A stretch of 64,000 bases of DNA from Phoronis australis (Eukaryota; Animalia; Phoronida): the NCBI GenBank assembly GCA_002633005.1, contig NMRA01000283.1:62001-126000 (forward strand). Reading direction: 5' to 3'. Within the stretch, counting starts at the first letter, position 1; each line of letters begins with the position of its first letter. The position numbers and the translations under genes were made by a program. Under the pieces are notes generated by a model. It made no database searches. It had not been told where the DNA came from and saw only the letters and a program-made list of their open reading frames with translations. Below, piece by piece: positions 39,461-51,200 of the stretch.

Positions 39461-41880
39461 CAGTGCTCGACATAACGAGCTGCAGGTTGCATTTGCGACC
39501 TGAAAGTTGGAAATGCGAGCTAAGATTCTTGTCAGCTCGTATCAAGTCGCAAAATGCGACCTGGAATTTCCAACGAATGCGAGCTGAGTTTTTACACTTC
39601 TCGGTAGATACCTGGCAAATATAAAGCAACTATTCTTAATACGACCATTACTTGGTTGTTGCCAAATCCAAGTTCAAAAGACCACTAACAGAGAACAGCC
39701 CACCCGATGACTTTTAAGTAAGTCGCGTGACCATGGGATATGCAGAATCGATCTTTGACGCGTTTCATTGGCTAACATTTTCGACCACTTTTGCAAATTT
39801 CCGGATTTGCCGAAGAAAGTTTCGGGCCGCATAACATTTGATAAAACCTCACAAAACAGTGGTGTTTCTATTAATTCTTAAGCGACCAACTTATTAAATT
39901 TTGTGGTGGACAAATATGTTTGTTTTTCGCTTAAGATGTCCTTATTACCTTTACCAAATATCCACGACAATGTCCCTGATATCGCACTGCGACACTGGTC
40001 GGTCCTGTTGTTAGCGTGCAAGTGGTCCCGGCTAGACAATCGTGACTTAGATATGTGCGCCTCGTTTTTATCCCATAAGACAGCCAAAGTGAAAGTGACA
40101 ACCTATTAATCCCCAAACGACGATCACATCTTCACTTTCAGTTGCCAAGAAATTCTCTAACCCCATTGCTTGTTTCTGGGGCTACGTGAGCGAAATATGA
40201 TTTGTCTTTCACACGTTGTTGCCAACGTTAAGTGTAGGCCTATTCCAGCGATTCAAGTGCGTGAACTCACGCGTGTGCACCGTTTCAAAGCTGCACATCA
40301 AAAGAGAACAGCGACAGTCCTAAATGAAAGAGTATACCGGCTTGGCTCTGTTAAGCACCCGGGTGTCAATGGTTTATTTGAAAATGAACTCATAGATTTC
40401 CGGCGGTTATAAAAGACCTGATGCTTTACAATATTCCCCGGGACAGATGTAAGCCAGAACTGATATTTTCCGGTTCCGATGTTTCTCAAGGTCGATGTTC
40501 TCTGAACCCTATATTCTATGCCCGTAGCCAGCTATTGCAACTAAACGGGCACTAGATGCGAAACTGTGGTTAGCGAACTTTTTATTCTTCTCTTCATACA
40601 CCTCCCCCTGCCCCCTCCCCGGCAACTTTTCGCTCCCCGGACCACCGTCGCCGTAAAAATGTTCAGACTCCAACAGAAACAATCACGTTCCAGCTGAAGC
40701 AATTAAAAACAAAATTATTCCGGGTGGCTAAAAAGGGTACAGTGTAGGTGGTAAGTAAGTCACCCCTACTAGATGGAGTTTGCCTCGCAAAATCGTATTA
40801 TTATAGCGTATCTTACCATTGTAGTCTTTTAATGTCTTATTACTGCAAACACTCAGGTTAACGACTATGCTAACGCACAAGCCTACTCCCTACCTTTGAA
40901 GTGTTTGACAATAAGCACTCACTGATCTACTAAGCGTTCCCCCTCAACTTTTGAGAATTTCCAATTAAGCACCCACAGTTAAGGCTAGCGCCCATCATAT
41001 CGCACTACAAACGACCACGCGTGGTTTAAAATTCCGTTTTCAAAAAACGTCTTTTCTTAATATGTAAAAATCAAATCCCGGCTTTGTTTTATACCTCCGA
41101 AAGAAAGTTAAGACTAGCGACATGCGTGTCGTCTTGTGACTGACCTATTTTTCCCGTACCTGGAAGGTATTGAGCAAACTTGCCCTTACCAGATGGAAAC
41201 TCGCACAGAGGGAGTCGGGAATTATTTGGAGGCTATTCACGTCATGAAAAACTAAGTGTTGAGTACGAAAACAGCATAAGTACCACATTTTTGTTGTGAA
41301 ATTTGCACTGAATTATTTATTCGGTTAAAGCATCGTTTCACGGATTTTTTTTCGACAGACATTTTTCAAACATGAGTTAAGTTGCAAAATTTGGGCTGCG
41401 AACAAAAAGCGGAGGGAATTTGCCTCCGGAGTTAGTTTGAATCTTTAACGACTTTGATGACAGCCAGTAGCAGGTCAGACCTATCAAAATCCCAGATACT
41501 TTTTCAACATTTTCTCCCTTTTCAAATCGCAAACTTAGCTACTCGAATGCACATGTCAGTTAGCACTAATTCAACTTTCACTTCGGGAACTTGACTTGCG
41601 CTCTAGAGACTTTCAATGGCGGTCGTGAAGAACAGTAACGCCGTACCTACGTGAACGAAGTCAGTGAAAGGATCTGAAACTTGTGAGTATTTAACGTGGC
41701 AAGAAAGAGCATAATCTAAACATTTTCTCGATGATCTAAAATCAATTTTGGCGCGTAAAAATGGCGGGAAAATTTTGAAACCTGGCATTTATGAATGCGA
41801 GCTGGATTTTGGAAATGCGACCTGGGATTCTGACTAGGTCGCAAAATGCGACCTGGCGATTTTAATAGCGTCGAGCCCTG
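39461..41880. mobile_element. Non-autonomous hAT-like DNA transposon (2.42 kb) with 5-bp TSD
   Basis: TIRs CAGTGCTCGAC / GTCGAGCCCTG; subterminal arrays of ATGCGA(C/G)CT / GTCGCAAAATGCGACCTGG at both ends; AACAC at 39456-39460 and 41881-41885. Confidence 0.8.
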
Positions 41881-42055
41881 AACACTTTTCCAAAAACAGA
41901 ATTCTAGTCGAGTCACAGTCAGTCGGGTAAAACATGATTTTCTGGGCACAATGATTTTTAGAAAAAAAGGACACTTTTATCATCAGATGCACCCAAAGGA
42001 CACAATTTCAAACCCGGTCAGGAATATTCCTGCACTCTAATAGTAAGTACTATAG

Positions 42056-43563
42056 TGTTGTAATCGTCAACATCATTCGTCCTTGATCTTTATGTGGTGT
42101 CTTGTGATTTTTCAGTTTTCTGGTTCTCCGGATGTTTTTTTTTATTTAAACTGCTGGCGGTAGGCTACTGGCAGTCTTTCAACAGGCAATCAGGCTGTCA
42201 GGGACGAGCACCTAGATTGGGTCTTATTGAAGCTTGAGTAGCTGAGTTTAAACTGGTGAGTACTTCTAGAGGCCTAGCTAATGAACCTGCAGTATTACAG
42301 CAATTGGCGTAGTCAGCACTAATTGCGTTTTTCTAGGAGTATTCAACCACTTTTTTTTGAAAACCTTTGCCGGACCAGGGCATTTTCCGTAGGTCCGGGG
42401 GGAAGGTTGGATAGGGGAGTGGTATCATGCTAGCGGGTTGCTGGTACGGTGGACAATTGGTTTCTTAGTCTGTTTGGTTTGGTGGTTTAACTGGGTTGTT
42501 TATCCTTTGGGTTTTGGGTATTTATATATTTATTTATTTAAATTTATTTATTTATTTATTGCATCCTTGTAGTTGGTGAGTTTAGGCTTCGGCAATGTTT
42601 TGGTTATGTTATTGAACACCAAATCATTGACCTAATGCTTTCTCCCTACCTCAGTCCCTTATTTATTATCATATGCCTAGGGCGTGGTTAAACTGGTGTG
42701 GTACTTCCGTGTCCAACCCAGTTGCCAAGAGGCCTACATTTAGTGGAGGGAGTTACATTTCTCTGTGAACCTATCCATTTTAGGTCTGTGACCAAGGCAT
42801 TCCCTTCATGTTAATTGGAATATTTCTATGCCAGCCTCCACCCGAAGCACATCAAAATGTAATATATTCTAGTGGCCATGTGGGCAGCATGCGTGCATCA
42901 TTGTAGTGCAGGGTTTATTTTGAGAACTGCACTAGAAATGTACGCCTCCTATACACTTTTACAGCTACAAGTCCGGGGAGTCTCCCTAGCACGAACTTGT
43001 TCTGTTAGGTGACTTTTCTCCCGCCCTTGAGGGTGGGTTGAGATACTGCTAAGTTTTCTGTTGATGATTTGCTTCAAGTGTTAAGGATGTGCAGGTATTC
43101 TGAACACTTTTTATTATTTTCTGGTACTTCTGTATTTAACCTATGTGGGTTATTCTCTTCCTCCAGGGTAACTGTCCTTGTTATTCTAACATGTACTCTT
43201 GGTCTACTTAGCAGTGACTTTGTTTTGCGGTAAAATTTTTAGGTGTGTTTTTATATAAATCGGCAATGATGTTGATTCCCGGGTGGGCACCACACTTTCT
43301 AGGGCGAAGGGAAATGTTGTAATCATCAACATCATTCCTCCTTGATCTTTCTGTGGTGTCTTGTGATTTGTCAGTTTTATGGTTCTCTGGATGTTTCTTT
43401 TATATATACTGCTGGCAGGAGGCTGCTGGAAATCTTTCAGCAGGCAATTGACAGGTCGTCAGAGACGAGCACCTCGATTGGGTTTTATTGAAGCTTGAGT
43501 AGCTGTGTTTTAACTGGTGAGTACTTCAAGAGGCCTAGCTAGTGAACCTGCAGTAATACAACA
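42056..43563 (+). mobile_element. Non-autonomous LTR retrotransposon (TRIM/LARD-like)
   Basis: LTRs 42056-42302 and 43315-43563 (TGTTGTAAT...ACA(G/A)CA); PBS TGGCGTAGTCAGCA from 42305, matching the complement of the tRNA-Ser 3' end; purine tract AGGGCGAAGGGAAA 43301-43314; flanks ATAG/ACAG; ~1-kb internal region without ORF. Confidence 0.85.
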
Positions 43564-43966
43564 ACAGCAATAAGGCAGCACAAACGAAACAGGCATGGTG
43601 AAGCACAATCTTCGAAACTGGCGTCGCTCGCATGCAGAGAGGCCTGTACCATTTTGAGGTTTGACAGAATGGACGTGACTGGACAATCTATATGAACTGA
43701 TTAATAGTATACACACTGAATAAGCAATAAGTACACAATAGGCAATTCTGCAGGTTGAGTAAGAACACAAAAAAAGTATTCACTAAACTACTCAACATGT
43801 TGAATAACTTATAGCCTATTACACATTGATTGAGCAAAAGTGCATATTGAATAAGCACATATCAACGCGCAAAAGGTATTAGTTTAAGAACCTTTGGCAT
43901 TCCATACCTCTCTACACTATAGTAGTCAGTAGCTGAATAGGCTACCACAGTCTACCTCAACTGGGC

Positions 43967-44718
43967 CACAGGCGTCGTCAACTTCTGACCGTCTCCAACA
44001 CACTATATAGAATACTACAAGGTATGACACTCGGGACTAGAAATTCCACGGGTGCTTCACTTCAGCCGTTCATAGCAAACACAAAACTCAACAAATTTTC
44101 AAAAAACAGAGGTTCAACAAACCATGAGGAATTGTTCTTTCTGCCAATACCATTTACAGTGTCCGGCCGAGTTCACAACAAATTCACAGTCATAGCACAA
44201 AAATCTTCCCAAAAAGTCGCTGCGTACCAGCAATATGCTACACAGAAATGTCCAGTTTGTCACGCAAGGTCACGAAATCCATATAACCCTGCATTAGCCA
44301 GACCATTTCGTAACCTTCCGTGATGAACCGGCAATTGCCGTCAATTTGTTAGTCATCGGATTATTCCGACCTACTTGACCTTGACCGCATGAAGCATATT
44401 GCTAGTACGCAGCGACTTTTTGTGCTTTGACCGCGAATTTGTTGCGAACTTGGTGGAGCAGGAGTCCTGCTGCAGGACACTAGTTTGTAAATGGTATTGG
44501 CTTGGCAGAAAGAACAATTCCTCATGGCTTGTTGAACCCCTGTTTTGTGTAAGTTTATAGAGTTTTGTGTTTGCTATGGACGACTGAAGTTAAGCACCCG
44601 TGGAATTTCAAGTCCGGAGTGTCATACCTTGTAGTATATATACTATAGTGTATTGCGACTATCATTGCGGACGATCAGAAGCTGAGAACGCCTGCCCTGT
44701 CACCCGCCTGTGTCTGTG
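43967..44718. mobile_element. MITE with ~120-bp imperfect TIRs
   Basis: CACAGGCG...TACTACAAGGTATGACACTCGGGACT.GAAATTCCACGGGTGCTT.ACTTCAG...CATAGCAAACACAAAACTC is inverted at ~44560-44695; AACTGGGC on both sides (43959-43966, 44719-44726). Confidence 0.8.
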
Positions 44719-45091
44719 AACTGGGCCACCCGTGAAACCATTCATTGAAATTTTGAACGACAGGAGACAGACAATGTGAAAATACTCACCAATCACAAAA
44801 TCTCACATTTTCTACATGGTCGCAACGAGCTTCTTATTTGGTCGCGGTCGCGGTGACAAGTTGTACAAGAAGTTTTGCACTTCAATAACATCGACTAACG
44901 AGTTCCTGAAGCGGAAGTGGTTATCGAGCAGAAAGTTAGTTTCAAATGTTATTTCGCATTTGGAGTAGAGCAAAAACTTTTAAATTCCTAAGACATTAAT
45001 TAAAGCAGGATGCTTTGATGTTTAAAATGCAGCTGGGACTCCCAACAAAATTCTAAATAAATATGCAGAACCAGCCCGATGTTTGCCGCCT

Positions 45092-45121
45092 AGGTCTTCA
45101 GGTCATCAGGGTCATAGGTCA
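45092..45121 (+). promoter_or_regulatory. Array of nuclear-receptor half-sites (DR2/DR3/DR1) upstream of FABP
   Basis: AGGTCT-tc-AGGTCA-tca-GGGTCA-t-AGGTCA, 112-141 bp upstream of the FABP ATG. The motif is seen directly; function is inferred. Confidence 0.55.
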
Positions 45122-45232
45122 AAGTTGTCTGTGTCACATGCGTTCGGCTTCTACTTATTCCCTGACGGTGTCTGGCACATAGTGGAAGAGTCAAAATTAG
45201 GACCGACGTGGTGACAACTTCAGACAGCAGTC

Positions 45233-48200
45233 ATGGCACAATTGGCTGGCGTTTGGAAATTGGATAAAAGTGATAAGTTTGATGATTACCTTCAAAAGTT
45301 AGGTAAGTACGATATTGGTGCTGATGTGACGGTCCCTGGAAAGATCTCAGGCGAGCGGCATGGGCATCACGGGCCCACTTTAGCTACTGAGTTACCGAAA
45401 TCCACCAATCATATGGGATTCTCGTATATTAGCCTACTGGCATCAAATAGGCATTCAGTGCACTTTGTGAATTATTCTTACCGAGGTGTCTGGAATAGCT
45501 CCAAGCCCCAAGAGGCTCCATCAGACACATTTCGGCCCGGCGAAATGAATTAATGTCCAAAAAGCTCTAGGAGGCTCTGGTGGTTTTTCGGTCACGTGTA
45601 TTGCCGACCACAACAACCTCATTTATTACAATATTACGGGACTTTGGCTTGTTAGAGGAACAAGTGAGATAAAAAATCAAGTTGAATTAAAACAGTATGT
45701 AGCCTAATTTGAGTTTATCACGCTTTCCATCAGTGGATGATAAGCTTTTATTGGACAGTAAATTACTTGTGAATACAAATCAGATAGCAAAAAAGAGAAG
45801 TCTGGTGATGCAGCCAGAGACAAGCCATCGGTAAACTGAACGTTCCCTTGAATTACCGAAGTTGATAAACGATATGACTATTTGTGTGGTGTACTTACCA
45901 TAGATATCTGATAATTTAATTATAGTCATGTGCTGCTATTATAGTCTATGTCTGCGCCCCTGCACAGTCTGGTGGTGTTCCCAACAGACTATCTACAATG
46001 AGTTTAGTTGGTACAACTTACCTCATCTGATGAGGAGGCCATATTGCCCGAACACTGATTTCTAGTATAGGTAAACATTGCTGAGAAAAGCAAACACAGC
46101 CTGTCATCAAGCCCTCAACATTTGGCCTGAGCCAAAAAGTAAATATTTTTTTAAGCCAGCTGATATGTCAATGTTAAAATGATAAGACTTCACCTAGCTC
46201 AATGAAATTACTCAACATTTTGGAGCTCGGCAACAGTGTATCAAAATATGTCTCAGCATAGTCCACCCACCCCAAACTGGCACCTAGGTCTGTCAGTCAA
46301 CTGAGGAACCATCTGTCAAATTATGTTATGTATAAATAGCAACTTGTTTTTGAGGCCTGTGTAGAAACAAAAATAAAACAGCCAATAGTTTAATTAAAGC
46401 TGATTTTTGCCGTGTTTAGTTGGGTACAAATCAAAAATTGAACTTGGCTTTTTACTAAAATTGGTCTCATAATATTCCTTAGCATGGGGATTAGATTTTA
46501 CAAAATTGAGTCGCAGGCAGTACGTACAATGCGCCATTTTTGAATTTGCAATTCAGTGTTGAAGTGTTTTCTTGAGTCTATGATCCCTTTCAGTCATGTT
46601 CTTGTTGGTAGAAGGCATTTTATGAGGCCAGTTTTATTATCTAAATTTTAGTTCTAATTCCAGTTTAGCCAGCTAAGTACAGGGTGAAATGGAGCTTAAT
46701 AACTTTATGACTTGTCACATTTGGGTCTGTGCCTTTACAACTTAGAAAGGACTGTTTAGGGAGTGGGCTGGGGTTGTGCCAAAAATAATTGCTACATAGC
46801 AGGACATACTGCATCATCAGTTTCCTACAATTAACCCCAGACTGCAACTTTTTGCATGCAGCCAATTTCAAGTCTACACTGGACAGGTGTACACTGGCTG
46901 TCTCAATGTATAATAAGGATTGAAATACAATGTAGCCAATCACCTATCATGTTGTTGCCAACTGAATTAAATTGCTTTATGCCATGAAGAAATATGAAAC
47001 TTATAAGAATAAAAGAGATAATCTTGATTTGCTGCAAAAATGACTTGAGCTAACAGTGATACTGTAAACTCATTGAAGGACATATTGACTGGATCCTGTG
47101 GGAGTATAGAACATATAGTGTGGGAGTGCTTTAATGTTGTTTCATCTTAATTATCATTTGTCATCTTTGTCGTCAACAAGATCATCATCAATCATTGACA
47201 TTCCTCTATCATAATTACAAGTAGTCACACGATGATAGTAATTTCAGTAAGAAATTGTGCACTGTAAAGTTCAATTGTTCTTTGCCTATTTAGCATACAA
47301 TACGCCATCACATGAAATTTTATTTTGTCAAATTTCTCAACATGAATAGACTACGTTATTTTTAGTAAGTTGTTAGCTAAGATTTTAGCGTGTAGATTTT
47401 ATGAAAATTAAGAAAGTTTAATTATAGCTTGCAGCAATGTAAACAGTGGGACAACCATTAAAATGCAAACAATGGCTATTTTGGCAATTATTTTTGTGTG
47501 AAATAAGTGAAGATTTAGCATAAGTGTACACCCACATTAGAAACATTTCTTAGACATCGTTGGTGAAATTTTTTTTCAGTGTAAAGAATTTTTGTAATTA
47601 TGGTCTTACGATCACCTACTTTCTCCTTTGTCATAACTTGTGTCAAAGAATCGGAGGAAGATGTGAATGGTTAAATTAAATTTTGTTGTTTGGTGAGTAA
47701 GATCAGCAATAGTTGAAAAAAACTTGGTTAAAATTCATGTTATTTTATTGACTTGTAATTTAATTTAATGCAGTGCAAATTTATATCCACTGAACTTGAT
47801 TAATTGAGTGAACTTGCCAAGTTTCCTTGTGTATTCCAAGTTCACACATAGGTTATCTTGAGACTAAGCAAGATTCCAAGTTCATGCATAGCACAGAGAC
47901 CCCCATTCATGCATGCTCAGGGGGCACTCAGTTGAAAGATGTTGTCCTTATCTAGAGGTCCTGTTTGAACTTTTTCTGTGGATATCTGGCATCACAACAG
48001 TTGTGAAAGTTCTGGTTTCTTGGATGTCTGCAGCTTTGGTCTACAAATTATTAGTCAGTTGCACTTGCAGCTAAGCTGTGATATGGGACAGAGTGTGATG
48101 TGACCTTTGGCTACTGATTAGATTTTGTCACTTGAGGCATTGACAGCAGACACAGTTTGATTTCTGAAATGTCAGATAACATTCTGACCAACCCCAAGAC

Positions 48201-51200
48201 CAAACAGTAAAAGCTAACACTGGTTTGCTTTAAATGTCTTGCGTACTACAAAGCTGCGAGTAAAAAATTGCATTTTGATTGTGGACATCTCAGTTGAATC
48301 CCGTTTACTTATGTTTTTGATATAAAACATCCATGTGATTGATTGGTACTCATGAGAACTTGGAAAAAGTATGGATGTTTTTGAAATTCAGTGGACAAAA
48401 GAATGCACAATTTAACAGAAAATTGAGTTATGCAGTGCTTATTTTACAATTCACGTCATGTTAACATCTGCATAAAACATCAATTATTTTCAGACTGTGG
48501 CCTATAACAGTAGCCATGCGTAATATATTGCTTGTGGCTAAAGATTGTAGTCACATTTGCCTGAAAGAAAGTTTTACCCATACAGAGTGTTTACCCTTTC
48601 AGCGTACCTCTTTTGTTTGAATCCTTGTTCGTTTCCTGTGCAGGTATTGACGTTGTTAATTTGGACCAAAAACATTTACCAGAACTATCTTTTGTATTTC
48701 GAAAAAGGTTTTCTTGCAAGTACTGTGGATGCTCAGACTGTTACCTTGTACAGTGTTGACAGATGTAGAATTGGAACACGTCATTAACAGCAAAGTATTT
48801 TGATTCTTGTATTTTTTGTTGAAAATTTGGCAAAATAAAGTCCTGTTGTAGACACTTTATACTGTGGCATTATCGTTTTTTAAACTGTTGTAAAGTTTGT
48901 TTTTATGAAATATCTACCACCACTTCACTGTTTTAAGTTCAGTTTGTGAAGGCTGACTTGGCGTAAGGCGTCTTTGTAGGTTACTTCAACCATTCCATTT
49001 GTTGTCCAGTAGCAAAACACTGCTTAAAGGCATTTAATCATAAGAATGGGGTTGCATGAAGTTTCCAAATTATAAAGTATATCTAAGTTGCGAGATGGTT
49101 GCTGTTGGTTTTCCTAAGCAACATGTGAGTAAAAGAAACTCTCAAATCTTATGTCTTCTTGATACATTTAGGAATAACCACCTGAGCTTAGACTGTTCAT
49201 GTTTAGTTGGAACGTGCATTCCACTGTTCTCCTACGGTCTTATGTAGAAAGCCCAAAATGGAAGAAAACAAAACTTATTTAACTGTACAGAAATTGAAAT
49301 AATGCTCAAAATAAGAATTTCCAATTCTCGTTGAAAAGATGAATTCGGGAAGATTTTCTTTTTCACTCCTTTTTATTAAAATAACAAGTAATATCACTTA
49401 CGCACAGAATTGTGGTGCAGAAAAAATATTAACTTACCACAAAAATATTTAACACATCAGTGAAAATGTGACTATGGCAGATCAACAAAAAATGTTGCAG
49501 AAATAAATTTCACATGACAGGAAAATGTGACCATTCTGGAGCATGTAACCATGAAAATGATGTCATTCACGTGAAGAAAGATGGCTGAGCCGGATGGTGA
49601 ATGTGTGAATGGTAGTCTGACAGATCTGGTGACAGCCAATCATACGCATTTCAACAGAATACAGAAAGGTTTGTATCGATTTGCTGGCAAAACATCACTC
49701 AAAACTACTGGCTTGCGTAGCTATTACTGACACCATAACTGTAAGGGGTCACATGTTCCTGAATGGTCGCATGCGTCTCATTGGCATGATTGAATTTTTG
49801 CTGATATATGATTGGAAGTTATTTATGCGTGATTGTAGTCCTGGTGCATGTTTTAGTCTACAGTAAAAGTTCCCGTTTTGGGACAGTGAAAAAAATAATT
49901 TTGTTCTAGATTGGAGCAATTGTTAGAAACAGACAATATTGGCTGTCCTATATTCAAGAGTATGGCTTTTCACCGAGATGTTGCACAATATGGCAACTCA
50001 TGAGAATGTTGCGCCAGTGGCTATTTCGGCAATTTTACCAACAGCCGAGTCATTTTTTGAAAACTATGTTAAATCAAAACCCTACATGAGAAATATGGTT
50101 TTTACCACAAAATTGCCGTCATCCCAACCTAGAATCTAGAAAATTAAATTTTACTTTTGAATTTGTATGTCCCAAAGTTTAGAAACTGTGCCAAACTAGA
50201 GAATTTGATTTTCACCGTAATATGAAGCCTGTGAGTGAAATTGCAGGTTTTGAATCATTACTTTTTGGTTCTGGACTGTGGAGATAATCTTTGGATTTCA
50301 TTTTAATTCTTGCATAGAAAAAAGTGTGTTGTGCTTTTTGCTATGGCTTCCAGTAGTAAGTCATGCATTTTTCAACAAAAACAAGTAAAGACTGTTGTTG
50401 CTATTTTGTCTCCACATGTGATTGCTTCCTGTGTTTGTTCAACTGCTAATGATTATTGGCCAAGAGGGATCACATGCCCAGCCTGCTGTGTTTTTTGTAT
50501 CCTTTTGGAAAATGATTAGTCTGGAATGGTGTTTGTAACCCAAGCTTGAGGCAATTGACACTCGGACAAATTCGATATTTTGGTGAAGACATGTTTTTTT
50601 CAATGTTTTATAATTATAGCGAGCAGTATTTCATAACAAAGATGAATGCAGAAATTTGTTGGCAAAAACAAGAACCCTTTTAGAAGGTGTCCTGCAGCAA
50701 TATCATGATGTGTTTCGTCTTCAGATCCTGAAGTCTGTTGATCATTTGGGAGATGTAATGCTAAGCTTTGTCCTCACAGTGCAACATAAAAGAATTAGGG
50801 TGCATAACAAAATGAATCTTTTGGGAAAAATCCAAATTATAACAGCATGCAGTCTGGCTGGCTGTAGTGCCCCTCAGGGCTTTGGTACTGCATTAATCAT
50901 CTTGTGAATTCTGATGACGCACATGAAAAAGCAGCCGCACATGAAAAAGCAGGCGTAACCATGGATTAGAGTGAATGATGTCTGGTGAACAACATGTAGT
51001 GAACGTTGCACGTTTTGTACCAGCTCAAGAAAGATATTCAGGGCCCCTGATGTCTCGATTTTGGGGCAGAATCTTGGTCCCATTTATAAGTGCTCACTTG
51101 ATTTTTTTTAAATCAAGAAATTTACCTTATCAGGCCCAAAATTACCCTCTTGTGATTAAAAATAAATTACCCCTCAAGGTTAGAATCACTTACATGTAGC

